Source: a virus (taxonomy: Duplodnaviria > Heunggongvirae > Uroviricota > Caudoviricetes). Taken from it: a stretch of 64,000 nt of DNA. The notes beneath the pieces were generated by a model. That model searched no databases, was not told the origin of the DNA, and saw only the letters and a list, made by a program, of their open reading frames with translations. The DNA lies in the IMG/VR virus record IMGVR_UViG_2595698394_000001, positions 81,866 through 145,865 of that record. One strand, 5' to 3'. The position numbers were made by a program, and so were the translations under genes. Below are positions 46,744 to 54,675 of this stretch, one piece after another (within the stretch, counting starts at the first letter, position 1; each line of letters begins with the position of its first letter).

Positions 46744-47727
46744 ATGAAACAATTTAAAATTATTACAGCTATAATGCTGTTAAGTGTATTTACAGTTAGT
46801 GCCCAAGAGTATTCTAAGTCATCTATCCAAGTAACAGCAGGAGGAACTAAAATACAAGACATAACATCAGTTGAGCTTTTTAATGTTGACTTAGCTTATA
46901 GGTATATGGCTAATACAAAGTTTGGAGCAGAAGTAAACGTAAATTACACGTCTATTCCTGATTATACTACTAAGTATTACACTGCTGGGTTACATGGTGT
47001 AGTGAATGTAGGTAGAGTATTAGGTTTTGAGTCTTTCTCTAAAGATTATACCATCTTAGCAGGGCTTGGAGGGACTTATTCAGACTCTAATGATCCTACT
47101 AATATTTTAGTTTATCATAGAAAATCGAACTTCCATGTGTCTTGGTTTATAGATAATGAGTTTAGGTTAAATAACACTTTATTTTTAAAAGCTGGATTAG
47201 ATGTAATAACAGATGTTAATCATAGACCATTTACAACTGGGCTAAACTCTGAGACAACTAACATAATAAACTTCAATGTAGGAGTAGTTATTAACTTAGG
47301 TAAAAAAGAACATGCCGATTGGCATATTCCAGAAGTAGTTACTAACACTATTGTTGAAAAACATTTTACTACAGTTGAACAACCTATTGATAGAACTATT
47401 ACTAACTATTATCCAGAGAAGGATAACACAGAGTATGTATACTTTGCCAATGATAGTTTTAATATTACACAAGAAGGTTATGATAACATTGAGAACATAG
47501 CTTCAACTAAGGCTCAAATGATATACATTGATGCTTATTGTTCTAATGTAGGTACAGTAGATTATAATAAGACATTAGCAAAGGCTAGAGCTACTGCTAT
47601 TAAATTCTATTTGTTAGAATTAGGTGTATCGGAAGATAGAATAGAAATTACTGCACATGGTATAGATAATAATAGGTCATATAAGATACCTGAATTAGCT
47701 AGACGTGTAGTATTAAGAGCAGAGTAA
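46744..47727 (+). CDS. OmpA-family protein: signal peptide, beta-rich N-terminal region, C-terminal OmpA peptidoglycan-binding domain
   Basis: Signal LLSVFTVSAQE; C-terminus NKTLAKARATAIKFYLLELGVSEDRIEITAHG matches the OmpA_C consensus. Confidence 0.55.
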   Translation: MKQFKIITAIMLLSVFTVSAQEYSKSSIQVTAGGTKIQDITSVELFNVDLAYRYMANTKFGAEVNVNYTSIPDYTTKYYTAGLHGVVNVGRVLGFESFSKDYTILAGLGGTYSDSNDPTNILVYHRKSNFHVSWFIDNEFRLNNTLFLKAGLDVITDVNHRPFTTGLNSETTNIINFNVGVVINLGKKEHADWHIPEVVTNTIVEKHFTTVEQPIDRTITNYYPEKDNTEYVYFANDSFNITQEGYDNIENIASTKAQMIYIDAYCSNVGTVDYNKTLAKARATAIKFYLLELGVSEDRIEITAHGIDNNRSYKIPELARRVVLRAE

Positions 47728-48110
47728 AAATATAAACTCTTTGTTCAAAGATGAGCATCATACTCAGATTGGTAACTCCTCTGCTTAGGCATGAAACTGA
47801 GAGTCCCTGTAAACTGTATCAGCAGTTGTGTTTATTCGAGATGTATAAAGTGAGACGTTTTCTGCAACTAAGTGCCCAAATGAGACACGCAGATTTATAT
47901 CCAGACTGATATTCTGGCGAAGAGTTTTTAAAACAGTAGGTAGCATATTAGGTTTAATGCGTTTACTAAGAATGGAAGCCTATACCTGAATGCGTGTATA
48001 ATGTACTAAAAAGCGCTAGTATGGTTAGTTTTTGTTTGGTGTATAGGTCTTGGTAGCTCCTTGACTGATAAGAGAAGGAGGGTTCGAGCCCCTCTCCTGC
48101 TACTATAATT

Positions 48111-48413
48111 ATGAGTTGTACCTTAAACAACTGTTTTACTAATTTAAAATTAAGATTGATGGCGACAAAAGTAAGGCTGTTTATATGTACTAAAGGTAAT
48201 GGTAGGGGAATATTTGAAGGTCAAACATTAGAAATTTATGGTTCTATGTTTATGATGCATGGTTACTATATATCTCATATTAAAACATATAAAGACTTTT
48301 ATAATAGTACATCTAAATGGAAAGAGGTAAGGACTATAAAAGATTTAACTGAGGAGGAAAGAAATAGTGTGTATATAAAGAGATTATTTCTAGAACATAT
48401 TCCTGTAGTGTAA
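48111..48413 (+). CDS. Hypothetical protein (100 aa)
   Basis: ORF track. Confidence 0.45.
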   Translation: MSCTLNNCFTNLKLRLMATKVRLFICTKGNGRGIFEGQTLEIYGSMFMMHGYYISHIKTYKDFYNSTSKWKEVRTIKDLTEEERNSVYIKRLFLEHIPVV

Positions 48414-48435
48414 ATTATAACTAAAACTAAGACCA

Positions 48436-48798
48436 ATGGGCACATTAAAAGAAAAGAAATTATTTTACAGGGTAGTAAATGATGATAGTAAAGAAGGATT
48501 GTGGTATAACTATTCTGGGGAGTTTCATGGTAATATTCATGATAAATACTCATTTTGTTTGAATAACGAATTAAAAATGCCATTTGATGAAAATGTAGTT
48601 GGGTGGTTATCAACTGCTGATACATTAGAATCTTTATTCCAATGGTTTCCTAAAAAAGATATAGTAGAGTTACAAAACCATGGCTTTAAATTATATTTGT
48701 TTGAATCTGAAGAATATAAAATGTATAAGAATCATTGGATTATCAAACAAGATTCAGCTAAAATTATAGGGGGTATTAAAATATACAATCATGATTAA
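48436..48798 (+). CDS. Hypothetical protein (120 aa)
   Basis: ORF track. Confidence 0.5.
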   Translation: MGTLKEKKLFYRVVNDDSKEGLWYNYSGEFHGNIHDKYSFCLNNELKMPFDENVVGWLSTADTLESLFQWFPKKDIVELQNHGFKLYLFESEEYKMYKNHWIIKQDSAKIIGGIKIYNHD

Positions 48799-49573
48799 AG
48801 AAATAGAAGGTAAATACTTCAAAGAATGTAATGCAGTAATGATGGCTGTAAATAAAAATAATGCCCCAAAAGAGGGAGAATTTTGCATATGTGATCATAG
48901 AACTAATTTAGGATGTGGACCAAGAGGTGAATCTAAGTATTTAGCGAAGACAATATCAGGAAAGACCTTAGAGGAAATAATCATATCTAAATATAAACAT
49001 CTATATCTAACTGTAGATGAGGAGATTAAAGAGGGTGATTGTGTACTCTATAATCAGAAAGAAATACTTCAAGTACAAATGGTAACTTCAGAATCTTATC
49101 ATTTTACAAATGGAGAATACGAAATGAAAACTAATATATTTTTATTAGTTAAAATAATAGCTACAACTGATACATCATTGACCAAGAAGGTAATGGACTA
49201 CAGTAAACCTGATAAATATGATGTAGGGAATGAAATGTTCAAGGGTAAACCACAGTATAAGAAAGAACATTTACCATCACCATCACAAGCATTCATCAAG
49301 AAGTATTGCGAATTAGGTGGTATTGATGAGGTGTTAGTTGAGTATGAATTAGATGATAGAAATATGTTACCTTTTAGTGATACGAATTATCCTGCTAAAC
49401 TTAAAACAGATTCTTATAATACTATCACAATTAAATCTGTAGAAGAAAAGACTTATAGTAAATCAGAGTTGCAAGTATTAAAATCTGATATCCAACATCT
49501 ATGCACTTGGTATCAAGGCAGAGATGTAGATAGATGTGAAAGAGTAGAAAATTGGATTAAAGAAAACTTATAA
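48791..49573 (+). CDS. Hypothetical protein (260 aa); paralog of 36220..36939
   Basis: Conserved block IATTDTSL...LPSPSQAFIKKYCELGGIDEVLVEY...NTITIK. Confidence 0.55.
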   Translation: MIKEIEGKYFKECNAVMMAVNKNNAPKEGEFCICDHRTNLGCGPRGESKYLAKTISGKTLEEIIISKYKHLYLTVDEEIKEGDCVLYNQKEILQVQMVTSESYHFTNGEYEMKTNIFLLVKIIATTDTSLTKKVMDYSKPDKYDVGNEMFKGKPQYKKEHLPSPSQAFIKKYCELGGIDEVLVEYELDDRNMLPFSDTNYPAKLKTDSYNTITIKSVEEKTYSKSELQVLKSDIQHLCTWYQGRDVDRCERVENWIKENL

Positions 49574-49716
49574 ACGGGAAAATAAAAGTAAGTAATATGC
49601 ATGATTTAAATAAGCTGCAATATACCATCATGACCCTACTCTTATTAGTGGACTAGTTAATCTTAAATGAATAGGATTCAGCTAATAAGAAAGAGGGCGC
49701 TAATAAAACAAGTAAT

Positions 49717-50058
49717 ATGAATAAATTAAGAATAAATAGTTTAATTTTAGTTGAGGGAGAAGTACACTATATATCTGAACTCTTTAAAGAGGCCTGTATT
49801 AGTAAAAGAGGAGGAAAATTGAGTTGTACTGCATACTCTCAAATTGAGGTCATACCTTTAACTACAGACTGGCTAATTGATTTAGGATTAAAAAAGTTTG
49901 GAGTGAGTACGTTTTATATTGGCACTTTTAAAATCCACAAAAGAAAAGCAGGATTTTTTATAGCAAAAAGGTATAAAGAAGTAAAATATGTGCACGAATT
50001 GCAAAATATAGTTTTAGATTTAATAGATAAAGAGTTACATTATGATAAGATTAAATAA
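49717..50058 (+). CDS. Hypothetical protein (113 aa)
   Basis: ORF track. Confidence 0.5.
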   Translation: MNKLRINSLILVEGEVHYISELFKEACISKRGGKLSCTAYSQIEVIPLTTDWLIDLGLKKFGVSTFYIGTFKIHKRKAGFFIAKRYKEVKYVHELQNIVLDLIDKELHYDKIK

Positions 50059-50296
50059 GTACTACACAATATCAAGTGACAAGAATAACTGGATATTGAA
50101 CTATGAAAAAGAAAGGTTTGATGAAGTGAAAGGAAAAACAATAACTTCAAAAGATGAGTGGTTTTTTAGTAAGCTAGAGGACGCTTTGAAAAACTTTATT
50201 AATGCCTCAATAAAAGATGTAGAGAAAGGTCAAACAATTCTCGATGCAATAAACAGTGCACATGAAACTATAAAAAATGTAAAATGGGACAAGTAA
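50042..50296 (+). CDS. Hypothetical protein (84 aa)
   Basis: ORF track. Confidence 0.45.
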   Translation: MIRLNKYYTISSDKNNWILNYEKERFDEVKGKTITSKDEWFFSKLEDALKNFINASIKDVEKGQTILDAINSAHETIKNVKWDK

Positions 50297-50306
50297 ATTC
50301 AGGAAC

Positions 50307-50567
50307 ATGGTAATAACAGTCAAAAGCGAATACACAGGGAAAAAAGATTATTTTGTCCACGACAATATCTTAATGAAATGTTTAAAAGACTTAGGGTACA
50401 AAAACATTTACTTGGGATTTGGCGAGTGGGATGCTCAAAAGTGGTACCTATTTGGACTTATTAAAATAAATGTAGAAGGAGAAGTTTCTCCAGCAGCAAA
50501 CGAACAATTAAAGTATCTTTCAGACAACCCTTGGCCTGTTGATACAGAAATAGACTTAACTATATAA
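50307..50567 (+). CDS. Hypothetical protein (86 aa)
   Basis: ORF track. Confidence 0.45.
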   Translation: MVITVKSEYTGKKDYFVHDNILMKCLKDLGYKNIYLGFGEWDAQKWYLFGLIKINVEGEVSPAANEQLKYLSDNPWPVDTEIDLTI

Positions 50568-50568
50568 T

Positions 50569-50760
50569 ATGACCCCAGACAGCCCACTAACCCCCGAAAG
50601 TGATTGGGAAAAAATAAGAAACAAATTAACTGTTTTTCTAATGGTACTAGAAAGTGCTGAAAGGAAAGAGATAAAAGCAGAGCTAATAAAAATAGCTTAT
50701 GTTAGTATAGAAGAAGCAAAAGAATTACTGGACACTCTTGAAAAGAGATATAAGAAATGA
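50569..50760 (+). CDS. Hypothetical protein (63 aa)
   Basis: ORF track. Confidence 0.4.
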   Translation: MTPDSPLTPESDWEKIRNKLTVFLMVLESAERKEIKAELIKIAYVSIEEAKELLDTLEKRYKK

Positions 50761-50861
50761 GTGTTTATAAATACTCCCAGAGTAATGTTCTATACAACAA
50801 ACATAAATATTTAATAGTTTTGATTTTGTAACATAAAATGTATACTTTTGTACTTTACATA

Positions 50862-50896
50862 ACCCTCTGGGAAATAAAACCTCAGAGGGTTTTTTA
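50862..50896 (+). terminator. Rho-independent terminator
   Basis: ccctctg-ggaaataaaacct-cagaggg + TTTTTT. Confidence 0.65.
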
Positions 50897-50921
50897 GCCT
50901 TAATAATTAAATTAATAGTAA

Positions 50922-51905
50922 ATGTCAGTATTTGTAAAAACACATCATATAGATCCCAAGTATAACCACTTGAAAAAGTATGTTAATGTTATGTATAAAG
51001 GACTGTGGACTCCTGCTAAGTACGAAAAACTTATATCAGAGGTAGACGCTCCTCAGTATTTTAATGAGATGTCAGATCTAAACAAGGAAATAATAAAACG
51101 TTGTATTGTAGCAGTGTCTATGGTAGAAGATAAAGTAAAACTTTACTGGCCAACGATAGCTATAGACTTCCCTCAAACTATAATTGGAGACATAGGAGGC
51201 CTTTTTGGACAATCTGAGGTAACTCATAGAATATCTTATCATTCGTTGGCAGAGGTCCTAAAAATAGACACAGCAGAGATGGAAAAGCATCCTGCTTTAA
51301 AGGATAGGTTAGCTTACCTCCAGAAACATTTAGAGAAAGACCCTAAAATAATAGGTAAGAAAAGAGTACTGAAGAAATTAGTTCTTTTCACCTCTTTAAT
51401 AGAAAAAGGAAGCCTTTTTACCCAGTTCTATATTTTAATGAAGTATGATAAGGAGAAAAAAGGGTTGGCTACAATATCTGCTTTACAACAAAGTACTGCC
51501 ATAGAAGAAAATGTACATTTCAGTTTTGGGATAGAACTAATAAACATAGTTAAAAAAGAAAGTCCTCAACTATGGGATGAGTATCTAATTGATTTAGTTA
51601 CTAAAAATATAGATATGGCATATAAGGCTGAGCTAAAGTTAATAGACTGGTTTTTTGAAAAAGGATATCCAGATCATTTAAGCAAAGAGGAAGTAGTCAA
51701 TTTTTTAAACTACAACTTTAATTCTATAGCTAAGAGCTTAGGGTTAGAAAAAGAGTATGCATATGATGTAGATTTGTATAGAAAAGAGAATGAGTGGTTT
51801 ACAGTTAAAACTGTGGCTCCTGTTTCCCCAGATTTCTTTGACAATGCTGTTGGAGGGTATGCTCATGAAGAAGAAGAAGTGAATTTTAACAATTTTAAAT
51901 TTTAA
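50922..51905 (+). CDS. nrdB: Ribonucleotide reductase small subunit (class I, R2/NrdB-like)
   Basis: Ferritin-like blocks ...SLIEKGSLFTQFY... and ...EENVHFSFGIELIN; directly upstream of the large subunit. Confidence 0.65.
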   Translation: MSVFVKTHHIDPKYNHLKKYVNVMYKGLWTPAKYEKLISEVDAPQYFNEMSDLNKEIIKRCIVAVSMVEDKVKLYWPTIAIDFPQTIIGDIGGLFGQSEVTHRISYHSLAEVLKIDTAEMEKHPALKDRLAYLQKHLEKDPKIIGKKRVLKKLVLFTSLIEKGSLFTQFYILMKYDKEKKGLATISALQQSTAIEENVHFSFGIELINIVKKESPQLWDEYLIDLVTKNIDMAYKAELKLIDWFFEKGYPDHLSKEEVVNFLNYNFNSIAKSLGLEKEYAYDVDLYRKENEWFTVKTVAPVSPDFFDNAVGGYAHEEEEVNFNNFKF

Positions 51906-51908
51906 TAA

Positions 51909-53591
51909 ATGTTTGGACCAAAACAACTAGAGTTCCTAAGAAAAAAGAAGTACTTAGAAAAAGGAGAAACCCCAGAATCTAGAATAAAAGACATAGTAGG
52001 TGTAGTTAGAAAGTATGAGAGTGAATACTCAAAAGGGTTGGCAGACCGTGTTGAGGCTTTAATTAAGAAAAAGAAACTCTCTCTTTCTACTCCACAACTA
52101 GCAAATTTAGGAAGGGAAAGAATACCTGGTAAAAATACTATAGATTTAAATTGTAGCTGTAATATAACTACAGTGCCTAACAGTATTTCTGGTATTTACT
52201 ACTCAATAGGGGAGACTGCTATGTTATCTAAGTTGGGTGCAGGGGTAGGAGGAAGTTGGTTAGAAGTAGCTGACAAAAACTCTTTCCTATCTGAGGGCTT
52301 TTATACTAATTCTAAATTGGATTGGGTAGAAGATCAACTAAGAGCTAGCCAAAAAGTATCTCAGGGAGCTAAAAGAAGAGGATACTCAGTTCCTTTCTTT
52401 AGTTTTGATGACCCTGAGTTTGGCACTATTTTAGAAAGAAATAGTAAAACAAATCCAGACAAGAAAGATCCTTTTATTACGAACAACATTGGATTTGTAA
52501 TGCCAGTAGGTTTTAGAACAAGAGTAAAAAATGGGGATGCAGAATCACAAAGAAGGTTTTTAAAAGTACTATCTCTTAGGAAAGCAACAGGAAAAGCTTA
52601 TTTAGTAGATATAGAGAATATGAATAAAAATCAATCTCCTGTATACAAAATACTAAAACAACAAGTAGTAGCTACTAATATTTGTACTGAAGTTGTTACT
52701 CCTTTTTATGAGGATAAAACTTTTGCTTGTATCATAGCATCTTTAAATGCCATGAAGATGGACGAAATTACAGACCAAGATATTAAAGACATGTTTATGT
52801 TTTTAGATATCAATGTATCTGAATACATTAAGGATACTGAAGGGGTACCTTTTCTAGAAAAAGCTAGAAGATCTGCTATTGAAAAGAGAGATATAGGTTT
52901 AGGAGTTTTAGGTTTTCATGACTTGCTTCAAAGTAAGGGGTACGCTGTAGGAGATATGTACAGTAGAAGCCTAAATAAGGCTATATTTTCTAGAATTAGA
53001 AAATTAGGGGAAGAAGTTACTAAAGAAATGGCTTTAAAACTTGGATCACCTAAAATGTGTGAAGAAGCAGGGCTTATAAGAAGAAATGTTTCTTTAATGA
53101 TGGTTGCTCCTAATAAGTCTACTGCATTTTTTATGGATACTACAGAAGGTTGTGGGTTAAGACTAAGTAACTATTTTATAAGTGCCTTAGCTGGTATCCA
53201 AGTAGTGGAGAAAAATAAGATTTTAATGAATTTATTAGAAGAAAAAGGAAAGAATACCCCAGAAATTTGGGAAAGTATTCTTACTAACTTAGGATCAGTT
53301 AAACATTTAGATTTTTTAGATGACAGAGAAAAGTCTATATTTAAAACAGCTTCTGAGGTTTCTCCTAAAGATATTTTAGATTTAGCAGCAGACAGACAAG
53401 AGTTTATAGATATGGCTCAAAGTATAAATCTATACAACCGTCCTAACTATTCTTTGCAAGATATTTATAATATTCACATGTATGCTTTTGATAAAGGTAT
53501 TAAAACCTTGTATTACTTCTACCCTCAAGCTCATGCAGCTTTGGAGCAAGAAGGTGAAAATTGGGATGCCTGTGAAGGGTGTGCAGATTAA
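51909..53591 (+). CDS. nrdA: Ribonucleotide reductase large subunit (NrdA-like; 560 aa, apparently lacking the ATP-cone)
   Basis: Active-site block TNICTEVVTP (cf. NLCTEI) and C-terminal redox pair CEGC; adjacent to nrdB. Confidence 0.65.
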   Translation: MFGPKQLEFLRKKKYLEKGETPESRIKDIVGVVRKYESEYSKGLADRVEALIKKKKLSLSTPQLANLGRERIPGKNTIDLNCSCNITTVPNSISGIYYSIGETAMLSKLGAGVGGSWLEVADKNSFLSEGFYTNSKLDWVEDQLRASQKVSQGAKRRGYSVPFFSFDDPEFGTILERNSKTNPDKKDPFITNNIGFVMPVGFRTRVKNGDAESQRRFLKVLSLRKATGKAYLVDIENMNKNQSPVYKILKQQVVATNICTEVVTPFYEDKTFACIIASLNAMKMDEITDQDIKDMFMFLDINVSEYIKDTEGVPFLEKARRSAIEKRDIGLGVLGFHDLLQSKGYAVGDMYSRSLNKAIFSRIRKLGEEVTKEMALKLGSPKMCEEAGLIRRNVSLMMVAPNKSTAFFMDTTEGCGLRLSNYFISALAGIQVVEKNKILMNLLEEKGKNTPEIWESILTNLGSVKHLDFLDDREKSIFKTASEVSPKDILDLAADRQEFIDMAQSINLYNRPNYSLQDIYNIHMYAFDKGIKTLYYFYPQAHAALEQEGENWDACEGCAD

Positions 53592-53613
53592 AATAAGTTA
53601 AAAAGAAGTTAAA

Positions 53614-53644
53614 ACCCTATCATTAATTTGGTAGGGTTTTTTAT
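53614..53644 (+). terminator. Rho-independent terminator
   Basis: ccctat-cattaatttg-gtaggg + TTTTTTATTT. Confidence 0.55.
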
Positions 53645-53675
53645 TTCTATACATTTGGAGTCTAATACAATAGAT

Positions 53676-54254
53676 ATGTTTAAAAAAGGAGATACAGTAC
53701 AAAGTTCAGTTGATTTGTTATTTAGAAGTAAAGGAGAGGTTTTTGAAGTTTTAGAGGTAAATGAAAAAACTCTTCAGATAAAATATCAACCTAATATGGA
53801 AGTTAATCCTAAATGGGGAGAAGCTGAGAGCTTTGAATCTACTCTTACCACATTCCCTGAAACAGGCTGGTGCCGAAAACTTTCTAAGACTCTTAAACAC
53901 GAAATGCGTAAGCTTGATTGGAATCACGGTCTTAAAATAGGGAATAATGGCGTGGCATGGGATTTAAGGAATAAGTCTTGTTGGCCAATACAAGGAGTAA
54001 GTAGCAAGAAAGAGTACAGTGAATCAGAGCTTATGAGTGCCTTGGGACCAGAAAGAAAAGTTATTTGTGGACACTCACACTCTAATGACAAGATGACAAT
54101 AACAGCCCCTAGCTTACTTTATAACCCTACTTTTCCATCAATTAATCTATTAACAGGAAGCCAAGCAGTAGGAAGATATTTAAGAGAAGATAAGGATGCT
54201 CCTTTGGTAATTAAAAAAAGAGAAAAAAGAAAAGCTAAGTTAATAATCTGTTAA
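53676..54254 (+). CDS. Hypothetical protein (~193 aa)
   Basis: ORF track 53628..54254 trimmed to the Met (MFKKGDT) because the upstream part overlaps the terminator hairpin. Confidence 0.45.
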   Translation: MFKKGDTVQSSVDLLFRSKGEVFEVLEVNEKTLQIKYQPNMEVNPKWGEAESFESTLTTFPETGWCRKLSKTLKHEMRKLDWNHGLKIGNNGVAWDLRNKSCWPIQGVSSKKEYSESELMSALGPERKVICGHSHSNDKMTITAPSLLYNPTFPSINLLTGSQAVGRYLREDKDAPLVIKKREKRKAKLIIC

Positions 54255-54316
54255 AAAGAGTTTATATTCAAATAAATAGACATACATTTGTATCAACATT
54301 AAAACAAAATTAAAAT

Positions 54317-54667
54317 ATGGAAACAACAATTATGAAAGCTTACGTTAGAAAAGTAATGGCAAAGTTAACTGGAGACAAAAACAAAGAGTTAGCAGAAAGA
54401 AACTTTATTAAAGCTACCTTAGGTGCAGATCAGCAAATTTCTTCTTTAAAGTATAAATTAGCAGAAGCTAAGATATCTTTAGAAGACAAAAAAAAGGAGG
54501 TTGATAACGCAAAATACCCTGAGACTCTTATAGGAGATGTCAAAGTATATTTTTCTGCTATTAAATCTGCTGAGGAATCTGTAGAAGTAGAAGAGGAGAA
54601 AATATTAGATTTAGAAAATTCAATAGAGTTTTTTGAGGCTCTAAAGGTAGAGTTTAACCAAGATTAA
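54317..54667 (+). CDS. Hypothetical coiled-coil protein (116 aa)
   Basis: ORF track. Confidence 0.5.
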   Translation: METTIMKAYVRKVMAKLTGDKNKELAERNFIKATLGADQQISSLKYKLAEAKISLEDKKKEVDNAKYPETLIGDVKVYFSAIKSAEESVEVEEEKILDLENSIEFFEALKVEFNQD

Positions 54668-54675
54668 TAAATAAT

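Noticed and set aside
47731-48110. tmRNA hypothesis for the GC-richer island
   Set aside because: I kept it as a candidate but did not call it. No 5' acceptor partner, no tag-peptide reading frame (…ALAA-stop) and no resume codon could be found by eye.
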